A stretch of 64,000 nucleotides of DNA, from the NCBI RefSeq assembly GCF_030028105.1, contig NC_092395.1:45517346-45581345 (forward strand), written 5' to 3'. Below the pieces are notes generated by a model. It saw nothing but the letters and a program-made list of their open reading frames with translations, did no database searches and was not told the DNA's origin. A program made the translations under genes and the position numbers. The stretch's first letter is position 1. Every line of letters starts with the position of its first letter. This DNA is from Mobula birostris. Taxonomy: Eukaryota. This document shows positions 39,201 to 50,500 of this stretch, in pieces.

Positions 39201-41846
39201 TGTTGGGTGTTCATTTTCTGTGACAGTGCTCCATGTAGATGGGCTCAATGGTGGAGAGGGCTTTACCTGTGATGAACTGAACAGTATCCATTACTTTTTG
39301 TAGGCTCTTCCATACAAAGGCATTGGTGTTTCCAGTTATAGAAGTTTTTTTAAGTTTTAAGTGACCTGCTGAATCTTCACAAATTTCTAAGAAGGTAGAG
39401 GCATTGCCAAGCTTTCTTTGTAATGGCACTTACATGTTGGACCCAGGACAGATCTTCTGAAGTGATAACACTGAGGAATTTGAAGTTGCTGACTCTGTCC
39501 ACCTCAGATCTTTTGATGAGGACAGGCTCTTTTTTCCGTTAGTCCTGACGAAGGGTCTCGACCCGAAACATCGACTGTACCTTTTCCTATAGATGCTGCC
39601 TGGCCTGCTGCGTTCCACCAGCATTTTGTGGGTGTTGCTTGAATTTCCAGCATCTGCAGATTTTCTCATGTTTGTGTTGATAAAGTTGGCAATACTTTAC
39701 ATTAACAAGATACTGATGATGTTGTATTTGTGTAGAAGTGGAAGTTGGGGACAAGTAGTGGAAAAACAGGAAGAATGGAAGTTATATTACTTAAAATTAC
39801 ATCTTAACCAGAGAATTCATGGAGACACAGTTCCCAAATTACTCAACCAGAAGAACTGTGGAATTTTGCGCATGTTAACTGAAACACCACAGGAGCGAGA
39901 AGTAAGAGGGAAACGAGATGTGCGACAGAAGTCTAACTGATATGCTCAAAGGGATAACATTATCTTTGCAATTAAAAATAATGCCTCTATGCATTCTGTG
40001 CAAGAAGTCCATGCACGTGTGGCCAAATGTGTAAATATACCAGAGTTGGTGCAGCAAGAACTTCGTGTTTGTATTTGTTGAGTGCATCGGCTCTGTGCTT
40101 CAGAAACAGATAATGGAAGAGTTGCGAAATCTACTTTCCATACATTTACTGCTGGCGGAAGTACAGACATTTCTCTACAGAAAATGTTAATTTTCTATTT
40201 TAAATTTCAACTGGAAAATGAAATTTTCTGTAAGACAGTGTGAGTATTTTAAAATAAAATACAGTATCACTATTGTTGAAGCAATAAAAAGAAGTTTTCA
40301 ACATCAACAATAATCCTGATATTCAAAAGATGGTGATGTTTACGGCAGACGGGGAAATGTTATGCTTGTAAAAAATAGTGGGGCAGCAATTCTTCTGTCT
40401 GAGCACATTGTGTCCACACTGATAAAATCTGGGATTAGACGATGCATAGGGGAAAAAAAAGCATCAATTAGGCAGGGTACAGATACACTGTATACAATGC
40501 TCAGTAGGTCGTCGATTACAAAAGGAAAGCTAGAAGAATTAGCTAATGTCACAGAATGTGGTATTGTGTCATTTAGACTTCCAAATTAAGTAAAATAGCT
40601 GAAAAGACATTTTGCCGTTACTGCTTTAATAAGGGTTTACGAAGTTTTGATCCAGAATTGCAAAGGGCAAGTTAATGAATGTAACGATCCAATCAACAAC
40701 TACTGCCTAAAGATTTTGACTAATCCGCAATATCGAATAGTACTAACTGGCCGTAACTATGTTTTAGATGGATCTGGCATCTCTTTGTAAGGTCCTTCAG
40801 AAAAGCTGTTGGAATACAATTGAAGCACTACAGTATGAACAAGTGACGGTAACTGTATCTTGGTGATGCTCTTTACTCAGTGACAAAGTGAAAGATCTGC
40901 TTGCACCTATAAGTTCTGATGTCGATATTATTCGATTCACTAAACATGTGTGCAATTACTTGGACAGTGGATTTCCTGACGATGATTAAGAGAATGGAAA
41001 GCTTTTGACCCTGTTGCTATTGCAAACGCAGCCAATTTTGAAATTGGAAGAGAATGGTGTACAACTGACGAAAAATACTCAGCTGTTGTTACAAACTACG
41101 ATGAAAGCATTTCTGAGAAAGTTCAGACTGGTTTAATTAAGACACCCACTGGTATATTGAACTATGGGCTTAGAAACGAAGAATTTGGAAAACCGTCAGT
41201 ACTTGTTGGCATCGTTGGAATACTTCAAGCTTCTAGTGCTGACTGTGAACTTGGATTCAGTCTTAAGAATTCAATCAAATCTAAATTCAGAAACAGACTA
41301 GAAGCAAAGTTCTGAATGATCTAATGAAGATTAAGATGTACCTTTCATCTGGATGCGAAATTAATCCGGACGGTGTTTGTAGACAATGTATTTGTAATAA
41401 AATCAGACAAGAAAAAGTTTATGAAACATAAAAGATTTTCTTTGTTGTACTGTATTTCATTATACCCTTCAATTAATAAATAAAATCAAAATAACGCGAT
41501 TTTTCAATTTTCATAGTATACATATTACAGAAATAAATCGCTTAAAGTGCCGCGCAGTTTTCAGGCCATGTAAAAAGTTTTCTGCTCAGAACAATGGCTG
41601 GTCTGCGCAGCTGGAGCAAAAATAGAGAGTAAGTTGATTTGAATTATGAAAATTTTCTCCAACCTTCATCACCACAGTGCTTTGACAGAACAACAGGCAT
41701 TTGCTGTCTCTTACCTCTTGGTACTGCTTCCTATGGAATGATTTCCAACTAGTCCAGGCTTCATCCAGTGCTGGGTCAAAGGGGAAGCCAAAAGTTACTC
41801 TCAGAAATCCAACTATCACACATCCGGCACTCAGAGGGAACTTCAT
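24102..41846 (-). CDS. Cathepsin L-like cysteine protease (papain family C1A, L/K/S subfamily), spliced CDS of 7 coding exons, 334 aa preproenzyme
   Basis: Exons 41846-41715, 37890-37768, 35322-35167, 33355-33134, 31962-31797, 26077-25972 and 24201-24102 all have AG/GT boundaries and join in frame (1005 nt, ends TGA). The product has a signal peptide, an I29 propeptide ([16 protein letters not shown]; GMNQFGDL), mature N-terminus [18 protein letters not shown] (catalytic Cys), DLDHG (His) and YWIVKNSWG (Asn). Exact orthology (L vs K vs S) is not resolved, so no symbol is given. Confidence 0.96.
25972..26077 (-). CDS. Cathepsin coding exon F (catalytic His and Asn)
   Basis: ttttctgcag|(G)[34 protein letters not shown](S)|gtatgg; 106 nt, phase 1/2. 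Confidence 0.96.
26360..28170 (+). mobile_element. RTEX (RTE-X)-type LINE, 5'-truncated RT and C-terminal CCHC, in a cathepsin intron (antisense)
   Basis: [66 protein letters not shown]...EHVLHNCP; (tga)n tail; few in-frame stops. Confidence 0.85.
28415..28870 (-). mobile_element. CR1 3' end
   Basis: Homologous to 49384-49850 (aaacaggcccttcg, ccccttaaac, aagcctgcttgcatt). Confidence 0.85.
30740..30900 (+). mobile_element. Ancient DeuSINE/AmnSINE1-like or cognate LINE 3' domain remnant
   Basis: ttcactaatgt..ttga.gggagga...gct.tccccacctggt resembles the recalled AmnSINE1/SacSINE1-type 3' motif; a second remnant lies at ~46195-46265. Confidence 0.45.
31797..31962 (-). CDS. Cathepsin coding exon E
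   Basis: ccctttag|[55 protein letters not shown](G)|gtaagg; 166 nt, ends phase 1. Confidence 0.95.
32251..32944 (+). mobile_element. Solo LTR (~694 bp) inserted into a SINE in a cathepsin intron
   Basis: TGTA...TACA termini; flanks ttta/ttca (4-bp TSD, 1 mismatch); CpGs retained; SINE-like sequence continues on both sides. Confidence 0.75.
33134..33355 (-). CDS. Cathepsin coding exon D (catalytic Cys)
   Basis: tttactag|[74 protein letters not shown]|gtaatg; 222 nt. Confidence 0.97.
33746..34416 (+). mobile_element. Solo LTR (~671 bp) related to 32251-32944
   Basis: TGTAA...TTTCA termini; flanks atag/ctag; 3' region resembles the first LTR (tttaatcg.at..g.tgtatt.tctgtta.tt, cacaaac, ggtttgg.gg, acc.ggggg). 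Confidence 0.7.
35167..35322 (-). CDS. Cathepsin coding exon C (propeptide end and mature N-terminus)
   Basis: atttgtag|[52 protein letters not shown]|gtaacc; 156 nt. Confidence 0.95.
37768..37890 (-). CDS. Cathepsin coding exon B (propeptide ERFNIN/GNFD region)
   Basis: ttgcttttag|[41 protein letters not shown]|gtacgt; 123 nt, phase 0/0. Not in the ORF track. Confidence 0.95.
38690..39520 (-). mobile_element. Rex1/Babar-type LINE 3' fragment
   Basis: [26 protein letters not shown]; tail aaatttattatcaag. Confidence 0.8.
39525..39675 (+). mobile_element. Penelope-like-element-derived short repeat (right arm, contains the hammerhead)
   Basis: Shares gatgctgcctggcctgctg...cagcattttgtg...tccagcatctgcaga with the copies at 7.1-7.4 kb and 52.7 kb. 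Confidence 0.75.
39541..39576 (+). ncRNA. Minimal type-I hammerhead ribozyme motif within a Penelope-derived element
   Basis: AGTC-CTGACGA-A-GGGT(CTCG)ACCC-GAAA-CA-TC|GACT: stem I AGTC/GACT, CUGAnGA and GAAA cores, stem II GGGT/ACCC, predicted cleavage after AUC at 39572. Confidence 0.72.
39690..41610 (+). mobile_element. hAT-superfamily DNA transposon relic (degraded transposase)
   Basis: 41226-41300 translates [25 protein letters not shown], the hAT C-terminal dimerisation motif (S(A)xCERxFS...K...RNRL); AT-rich, many stops upstream. TIRs not identified. Confidence 0.75.
41715..41846 (-). CDS. Cathepsin coding exon A (signal peptide and start of propeptide)
   Basis: [44 protein letters not shown]. 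Kozak-like caccATG; acceptor ttcctctatcag 10 nt upstream of the ATG (exon starts 41856); donor GAG|gtaag. Confidence 0.93.
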
Positions 41847-41959
41847 GGTGAGGAGTCTGATAGAGGAAGGCCTTTGAAATCAATCAACATTGTGAATAGC
41901 ATTCATAAATACCTGAAGGGTAATTGCTTATTTATTGCTTATGAACATTTGGTTAGAAC

Positions 41960-44900
41960 ATTAGAAAGATTTTGACAAGAACAGGCTATTCGGCCCAACA
42001 AAGATTGCCAAATTCATATTCACATGGTGTGTTGAAATAACTATCAGGTTTAGATTTTAAAGTCTCTAAGCTACTACCCTCAACTACACAACTAGGTAGT
42101 TTGTTCCATGTGTCCACAATCTACTGTGTAAAGAAATGCTTCCTGATTTTAGACTGAAATCTTCCTTTAACCAGTCTCCACCTATGTCCCTCTGTCCTTG
42201 ATGACGGATTAACTTTGAAGTAGCAACTGGCATCCACCTTGCTTATACCCTTAATGACTTTGAACAACTCTATCATGTTTCTTCCTATTCTACGTCTACT
42301 TAGGCTAAAAAGATTTAATTCTTTCAATCCTTCTTCATAGCCTATACCCTACAGACCTGGAATGAGTCTTGTTGCCCTTCTCTGAGCTCTCTCCAGTGCC
42401 TTCACATCCCTCACACAATTTGCAGACCAAGATTGTACACAGTACTCAAGATGTGGCCCCACAGCACATTTTACAGTTTAAGGAGAACACCTCTAGACTT
42501 GAGCTCCACCGACCGCATTACACAGTCCAACATTCTGTTAGTCTTCCTAATCGCTCTGTGCATTGTCTAGATGTTGATAGTGATAAGTCTATCAGCTCCC
42601 CCAAATCCTTCTCATACACTGCACTTTCTAACTCAAGACCCCCCCCCACTGTATATTTATATCTAATATTTCTACTTCCTCTATCTAATACTTTACATTT
42701 ACTAAATTTCATCTGTCATTTATTTGCCCACATCTGGATCCGGGTTGGATCTAACTGTATTGATTCTGCTGCCTGAATGATATCAGCCCATTCCCCTAAT
42801 TTTGTGTCATCAGCAAACTCTCCTAATTTATTTGTTATGTGCTTATCCATATCATTAATGTAAATTAGAAACAACCGTGGCTCCAAAACTGATTCCTGCG
42901 GAACCCAACTTTTAACGTCTTCTCGGTGTGAAAATGATCCTCTCACCATAACTCATTGTTTTCTGTTTTTGAACCAATTCTGGACCCATTCACACACCTT
43001 ACCCAGAATCCCCGCCTCCTGTAATTTGGTTATTAATCTCTTGTGGGGTACCTTGTCAGAAGCTTTCCGAAAATTCAAGTAAATTATATCTACCATTCTA
43101 TTGTTACCATAAATTTTAGTTGCCTCTTCATAGAATTCCAACATATTAGTAAAACATGATTTCCCCTCTCTGATCCCATGCTGGCTTTCTGCTACCTTGC
43201 CTGTTCTTATCATCTGCTTTTCCATCTCATTCTTCATTATTGTTTCCATCATCTTGTCTGCAATACAGGATAAGCTTACTTGTCTGTAATTACCAGTGTC
43301 AGCCTTCTTATATACCAGGACAATGTTAGCCCATTCCCAGTCCTTAGGGATTTCACCCAGTATTCACTGACCTTTGAAAAATACATGTTAGTGGTTTGTA
43401 AATACCTCTTGAAATACCCTTGGATATATCTTGTCTGGTCCTGGAGATTTATTAACTTTCAGCCTTTTCAGTTTAAGCAAGACTTCACTTTCTAAGATCC
43501 CTAAATCACTTAAAACAACATTAATTTTCTCTGCACCTATTTCCATATTGCTAGCATCTTCACAGGTGAACATTTTAGCAAAATATGAGTTAAGAGTATC
43601 CATTACATCCTTGAAGACATCACCATCTTTTGAGGCCAGCCAGGTTTCAGTTATTCCTATTATATCATACTCACATGCACTTGCATATAATTCCAGCTCA
43701 CTTATTTTATTCTTAATACATATTGCACTTATACAGGCCATCTTTAGTCTATTAATGATGCTTTTCATCTTATTCTGACCCATTTTTACATTTCTGAAGC
43801 TTAAAATTGGTTTCTGTCCGAATATATTATTCTCCACTAAGGTATTTAAAGAGTTGAGCCTGGCCTGTTCTGAGTTCCCTATCCCCATTCCCTAGTTTAA
43901 ACAGTCCTCAACAAACTGAAGCAGACACTTCCTTAGTAATTAGTGCCCCTCCGGTTCAAATGCAAGCCATCCCAGCAGTATAGGTTCCATCCACCCCAAT
44001 GTTTCATAAACCTATGCCCCTCTCACTGACACCATGATCCGAACAATGCTTTGAATTTTCTGATCTCCTCCATCTTACCTGAACTGGTGCACGGCACAGG
44101 CAGACCACCTAGTCTATTCCGCCCTTAAGTTTCCGACCTAACTCTTTAAACTTGTCTTGCAGAATGGATAGCCTGCCCTTACCTACGTCATTTGTTCTGA
44201 TGTGCACAACATCCACTGGATCCACCCCAGCTCAAGCCAAGAATTTATCTACTGGTCCAGGGAGGTCTCCTACTTGTGCTCCTGGTAGGCAACACACCAT
44301 ATAAGACTCTGTCAGTGCACACCTGATTCTCAACCCCCCATGATAATTGAGTCCCCTACTATCACTTCTTACTTTTTATGGGGTTTAGGTTTAGGATTAG
44401 AGAGGATCCTGTTGTGCTCCTTTATCCTGCCTACGACCTCAGAGGTTTCAAGGTTGTTGTCGAGCATCACTAGATGTTCACAATGGTTGGACACTTCCAT
44501 CTCTGAAGTGATGCCCGTGGACTGCGTGAACCTTTTCCCTGCGCTTCCTTCCCACGGTCGCCGACTGCCTCTTTCTTTCTGGTCTGGAGTCTCAACCCAC
44601 GGATCTCTTGGGGTACGTGCTATCTTCCTAAAGGACATCTGGAGCACATCTGCCAATCCTCTACAACATCGGAGGTCAGCTACCTCCTCTTCAAGTTTGG
44701 CCACCTTGTTCCTGAGGTGCTGGATGAGCTGACATTTCTCGCATATGAACTCTCCAGGTGAGCAATTTTCCCTGAATCCAAACATAAGGCAAGACTGACG
44801 TTACAGAGGCTAAGGTATCGGTGACCCCTGTTTCCATCCAGGGGGTCAGTGTGGACATGGTGGAGGATTACAAATTCCTGGGGATACGAATTGACAATAA

Positions 44901-45760
44901 ACTGGACTGGTCAAAGAATACTGAGGCTGTCTACAAGAAGGGTCAGAGCCATCTCTATTTCCTGAGGAGACTGAGGTCCTTTAACATCTGTCGGACGATG
45001 CTGAGGATGTTCTACGAGTCTGTGGTGGCCAGTGCGATCATGTTTGCTGTTTTGCGCTGGGGCAGCAGGCTGAGGGTAGCAGAAACCAACAGAATCAACA
45101 AACTCATTCGTAAGGCCAGTGATGTTGTAGGGATGGAACTGGACTCTCTGACAGTGGTGTCTGAAAAGAGGATGCTGTCCAAGTTGCATGCCATCTTGGA
45201 CAATGTCTCCCATCCACTACATAATGTACTGGTTGGGCACAGGAGTACATTCAGCCAGAGACTCATTCCACCGATGCAACACAGAGCGTCATAGGAGGTC
45301 ATTCTTGTCTGTGGCCATCAAACTTTACAACTCCTCCCTTGGAGGGTCAGACACTCTGAGCCAATAGGCTGGTCCTGGACTTATTTCCTGGCATAATTTA
45401 CATATTATTATTTAATTATTTATGGTTTTATATTGCTATATTTATACTCTGTTCTTGGTTGGTGCAACTGTAACGAAACCAAATTTCCCTCTGGATCAAT
45501 AAAGTATGACTATGACTATGGCTATTATTATACTTTTAGGGGGGAAGAACTACTGAAGATTAAGATAATTGTATTTATTTAAATTCCTAAAAGTAAACTA
45601 CTATTTATACTACTATTCCCACTTTGCTCCCAGTGTATCAGATACAGCCTAAAGCCTAACGTGTGCTTGGACCTTCTCCGGACTTTCTAGATCTGTGTTC
45701 CCTGATTGATTTACTTTCTCCGCCAGTAAACTATACCGCGAAGCGACTCTTGGTCCCTGC
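41960..45760 (-). mobile_element. Near full-span CR1 LINE with internal deletions, interrupted by a Rex1 copy
   Basis: ORF1 FICEKCQLIQHLRNKVAKLEEEV (44785); EN YDIIGITETWL; KSPGPDKIYPRV; QHG.REGKSCFTNMLEF; VPQESVLEP..FADDTKLG. Confidence 0.85.
44820..45525 (+). mobile_element. Young Rex1/Babar-type LINE 3' fragment with (TATGAC)n tail
   Basis: YKFLGIRIDNKLDWSKNTEAVYKKGQSHLYFLRRLRSF, FYESVVAS. Confidence 0.92.
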
Positions 45761-46329
45761 CTGATATAGCAGACATGTTAGTTGTGCTATGGATCTGAAT
45801 CCAGACAAGTTAGTTGAAGTGGCACTTCGTCAATACTGGAAATATAATTCTAAGCAAACCTTTATTGTAAAGCTGGTTTCAGTAACATCCTTGTGGGTGA
45901 CACAATGCCACATGTAGAACTGCTGTTCACAGCTGTGTTGGTCAAATTCAATCCTGACCTCAGGTTTGTATGATCTCCCTATGACTACATGAGCTTCTCT
46001 TGGCACTCCAGTTACTTCTCCCATTTTAACGGTGTGTGTTCATTGGCTGCTTCAAATTGACCCCAGGAGTGTAGCTGAGAAATAGAATCTGGGGGAGTGG
46101 ATGGGAATATAGCATTAATAAAATGGGGTTTCTGTAAATGGATACAGAGCTGTTGGGCCAAAGGGCCTATTCCCATATTGGCAGAAGAACCTATCTAGTT
46201 CACTAATGTCCTTCAGAGGTTACATCAAACATGCTTATCCAATCTTACATTATGTGACTCCCGTCTCACTCTAATTTATTGCCCCTTAATTGCCTTCTAA
46301 AGTTTCCTGTGAAATACTTAAGTGTGTCA

Positions 46330-46520
46330 AATAATAACAGAAAATGCTGGAAGCAGACAGTCGGCAGGGCAGGCAGCATCTTGGAAAGAGAAACAGTGAA
46401 TGATTCAGAACCAACAAAGAGCCCTGAACTTTAAATGTTAACTGTTCCTCTTTCCACGGATGCTGCATGATCTGCTGCATTTTGTTTTTTATTTCAAATT
46501 TTCAACGTCTGCAGGTTTTT
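46330..46520. mobile_element. Older foldback repeat of the same Penelope-derived superfamily
   Basis: acagaaaatgctgg...caggcagcatcttggaaagag and inverted ctctttccacggatgctgc...gcattttg. Confidence 0.6.
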
Positions 46521-47504
46521 TTTGGTTTTTCATTTGTGTCCAATGTTCACCAATGTTAATCCTTGGATATATTCCTAATGTAGGCAAATAGGGTTACTGT
46601 AGATGGGCAAAAACAGCCGATGAGCCTGTTTCTGTGCTTTACTATGTAATGACTCTGTCACTCTATTTCAAGAAGAAGGAATATCCCAGCAACTAAAGTT
46701 AGCGATGCCCAATCCTAAAACTGTATTATGCCCATATCTTCCATGGCTGTTAAAAACTCCTAAAATGTTGACCTACATAACAAGACTGACAATGATTTTC
46801 CTTTCCTTTCAAGGTAATGAAATAGAAATGCTCTTTATCGCCACAGGTGCAGAAGCCGGTGTATAGGAAGGAGGAGTTCATTCTGGACACCCAGAGTCAA
46901 CAGAACATGCACTCGAGAAACTATTTTGTTTTTCCCCAGGGTCAAGAAATCAAGAACTAGAGAGAATGGGTTTAAGGTAAGAGAGGAAAAACTAAACAGT
47001 AACTGAACAGGCAACACTTTTACACGGAGGCGCGTATATATGAGAAAATCATTGAGCCAGGTGAAAAAGCATCTTGGACAGGTCCATGGATAGGAAAGGT
47101 TCAAAAGGCTATTGGCCAAACCCTGACAGGTGGTACTAGGTTGGATGGACATCTTGGTTATTACAGACCTGTTGGGGCAAAGGTTCTGTTCTGTGCCATA
47201 TGACTCCATGAGTTGAGGGAGTGGACCACTAGAAATGGATCCTTGAGTTTGACAAGGAGCCCACAGGATGAGTTTCAAGAGAGAGTGAATGTGTGGATCA
47301 GTCAGGTTATGATGACAGTAGGAACTTTTAATCCTTAGAGATCTTTCTAGTCTTCACTGGAGATATTGGTGGGAGAAAACATTGCAGTGTGTTCACTCAA
47401 TATTCACAGTTCATTCACTCAATATTCACAGTTTAATCTGGGGACTGACCATAATGAGCAGCCACTTCTAACAACAGGATTAATTACTTTCGCTGTGCAG
47501 TTAT

Positions 47505-50500
47505 CTCAGGGTATAAAACTAGTCATGGGAGATTTTAACTCCAAAGTTGGACAGGAAAGGGTTGATAACATCATAGGACTTCTTGGATTAGCAGAGAAAA
47601 ATGAAAATGGAGAAAGGTTTACTGATTGGTGTGTCAGAAACAACCAAGTGATCACCAATACTTGGTATAAAAATCATCTACGAAGATTGTGTATTTGGAT
47701 TAGCCCTGGAGATAGAACAAGGAATCAAATAGATTCCATTACCATCAATGAACACTTTAGAAATAATATCACAAATTCTAAAGCCTACCCAGGAGCAGAC
47801 TTGTGCTTCAGATCACCATGCAGCATTAAAACAAAATTAAAGAAACTGAAACATGGAAAAAAGAGAAAGAAGTATATGTTGGGAGAACTTAAAAATGATA
47901 GCATACTTATGCAACAATTCAAAACAGCTGTAGAAGAACACCTCGACGAAAACGAAACAACACCTATTTGGGACAGATTTAAATATGCGATACAACAATC
48001 AGCAGAGGAGATAATCCCAGTACAAGAAATCCAATACACCAACAAGAGGTGGATAACCCAGGAAATTTTAGATCTGATGGAACAAAGAAGGTTAGTGAAG
48101 AATAATGAAGTACAATACAGAGAGCTAGACAGACAGACCAGACAATTGTGCAATATTGCAAAGGAAGAATGGCTGAATCAAAAATGCAATGAAGTAGAAG
48201 GCCATATTAACAACAGCAAAGAAATGCACAAGAAAATTAAGGAAATTACTGGAATTAAGAAAACCTCCTCTACAGAATGCATAACATCAGCAGACAGATC
48301 CATGCTAACAGATCCAGATAAAGTATGTGAGAGGTGGATTCAATATATAGAGCAGCTTTTTGGAGATAATAGAGGGGAACCCCCAGATATTAAACACCCT
48401 AATTCTGGCCCACCTCTCACCAAAGAAGAAATAACTAAAGCAATGAAAAGCATGAAACATGGTAAAGCCACTGGACCTGATGAAATTTCAGTGGAAATGA
48501 TACAAGCCCAAGAAGATCTGGGCATAGATATTCTTTTTGAACTGTTTAATGGCATATATGAGTCTGGTGTATTGCCTGACGACCTCTTGAGATCAGTATT
48601 TATAACTCTGCTAAAAATTTCTGGAACTATTGACTGCAAAAATTATAGAACAATCAGTCTGATGAGTCACATAATAAAGATTTTGTTGAGAATTGTTCTG
48701 AGTCAAATTAAAAACAAGTTAAGGCCAGAAAATTCTAAACTGCAATATGAGTTTATTGGAGATAGAGGAACTAGGAATGCAATTTTCATACGACGAATAC
48801 TTTCAGAAAGGGCATTTGAATATCAAAACGATGTCTTTTTATGTTTTATTGATTTCACTAAAGCAGTCAACGAAGTGCATCATGAAAAATTATTTCAAGT
48901 TCTTGCTAAACTAAACATAGACGGAAGGGACCAACAACTGCTTCAAAATTTATATTGGAATCAAACGGCAGCAGTAAAAATTGATGATAATATAAGAAGT
49001 TGGACTAAAATTCAAAGAAGAGTTAGACAGGGATGTGTTGCCTCACCGGAATTATTTAATATCTATAGTGAAATGATTCTTAGAGAAATAGAAGACGAAG
49101 ATGGGATAAAAATTGGAGGTGTTAACATCAACAATACAAGATATGCAGACAATTCCACCCGAATAGCAAGTGCTACAGAAGACCTACAAATCCTCCTAGA
49201 CAAAGTAGTACAAACGAGTGCAGATTTTGGTCTAACCATCAACTGTAAAAAAAAGAAATGTATGGTAATATCAAAACAGCAGGATACTCCCAACTGCCAA
49301 TTGTACATCGGTAACCAAGAGATTGAACAAAAGACCAGCTTTAATTACCTTGGTAGCTTTATATCACAAGATGCTAGAAGTAGAACTATAGAACCATAGA
49401 AAAACTACAGCACAGAAACAGGCCTTTTGACCCTTCTTGGCTGTGCCGAACCATTTTCTGCCTAGTCCCACTGACCTGCACACGGACCATATCCCTCCAT
49501 ACACCTCCCATCCATGTATCTGTCCAATTTATTCTAAAATGTTAAAAAAGAACCTGCATTTACCACCTCGTCTGACAGCTCATTCCACACACCCACCACT
49601 CTCTGTGTGAAGAAGCCCCCCACCTAATGTTCCCTTTAAACTTTTCCCCCCTCACCCTTAACCCATGTCCTCTGGTTTCTTTCTCCCCTTGCCTCAGTGG
49701 AAAAAGCCTGCTTACATTCACTTTATCTATACCCATCATAATTTTATATATCTCTATCAAATCTCCCCTCACTCTTCTACGCTCCAGGGAATAAAGTCCT
49801 AACCTATTCAATCTTTCTCTGTAACTGAGTTTCTCAAGTCCTGGCAACATCCTTGTAAACCTTCTCTGCACTCTTTCAGCCTTATTAATATCCTTCCTGT
49901 AATTTGGTGAGCAAAACTGAACACAATACTCCAGATTCGACCTCACCAATGCCTTATACAACCTCATCAAAACATTCCAGCTCTTATACTCAATACTTTG
50001 ATTAATAAAGGCCAATGTACCAAAAGCTCTCTTTACGACCTTGTCTACCTGTGACGCCACTTTTAGGGAATTTTGTATCTGTATTCCCAGATCCCTCTGT
50101 TCCACTGCACTCTTCAGTGCCTTACCATTTACTCTGTATGTTCTACCTTGGCTTGTCCTTCCAAAGTGCAATACCTCACACTTGTCGGTATTAAACTCCA
50201 TCTGCCATTTTTCAGCCCATTTTTCCAGCTGGTCCAAATCCCTCTGCAAGCTTTGAAAACCTTCCTCACTGTCTACTACACCTCCAATCTTTGTATCATC
50301 AGCAAATTTGCTGATCCAATTTACCACATTATCATCCAGATCATTGATGACAAATAACAATGGACCCAGCACTAATCCCTGTGGCACACCACTAGTCACA
50401 GGCCTCCACTCTGAGAAGCAATCCTCTACTACCACTCTTTGGCTTCTTCCATTGAGCCAATGTCTAACATAATTTACTACCTCTCCATGTATACCTAGCA

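Noticed and set aside
47366-49399. 677-aa ORF as a host gene or domesticated RT
   Set aside because: It is a 5'-truncated RTE with a TSD; the N-terminal ~46 codons are flanking DNA, the RT motif is YADN and a CR1 interrupts it.
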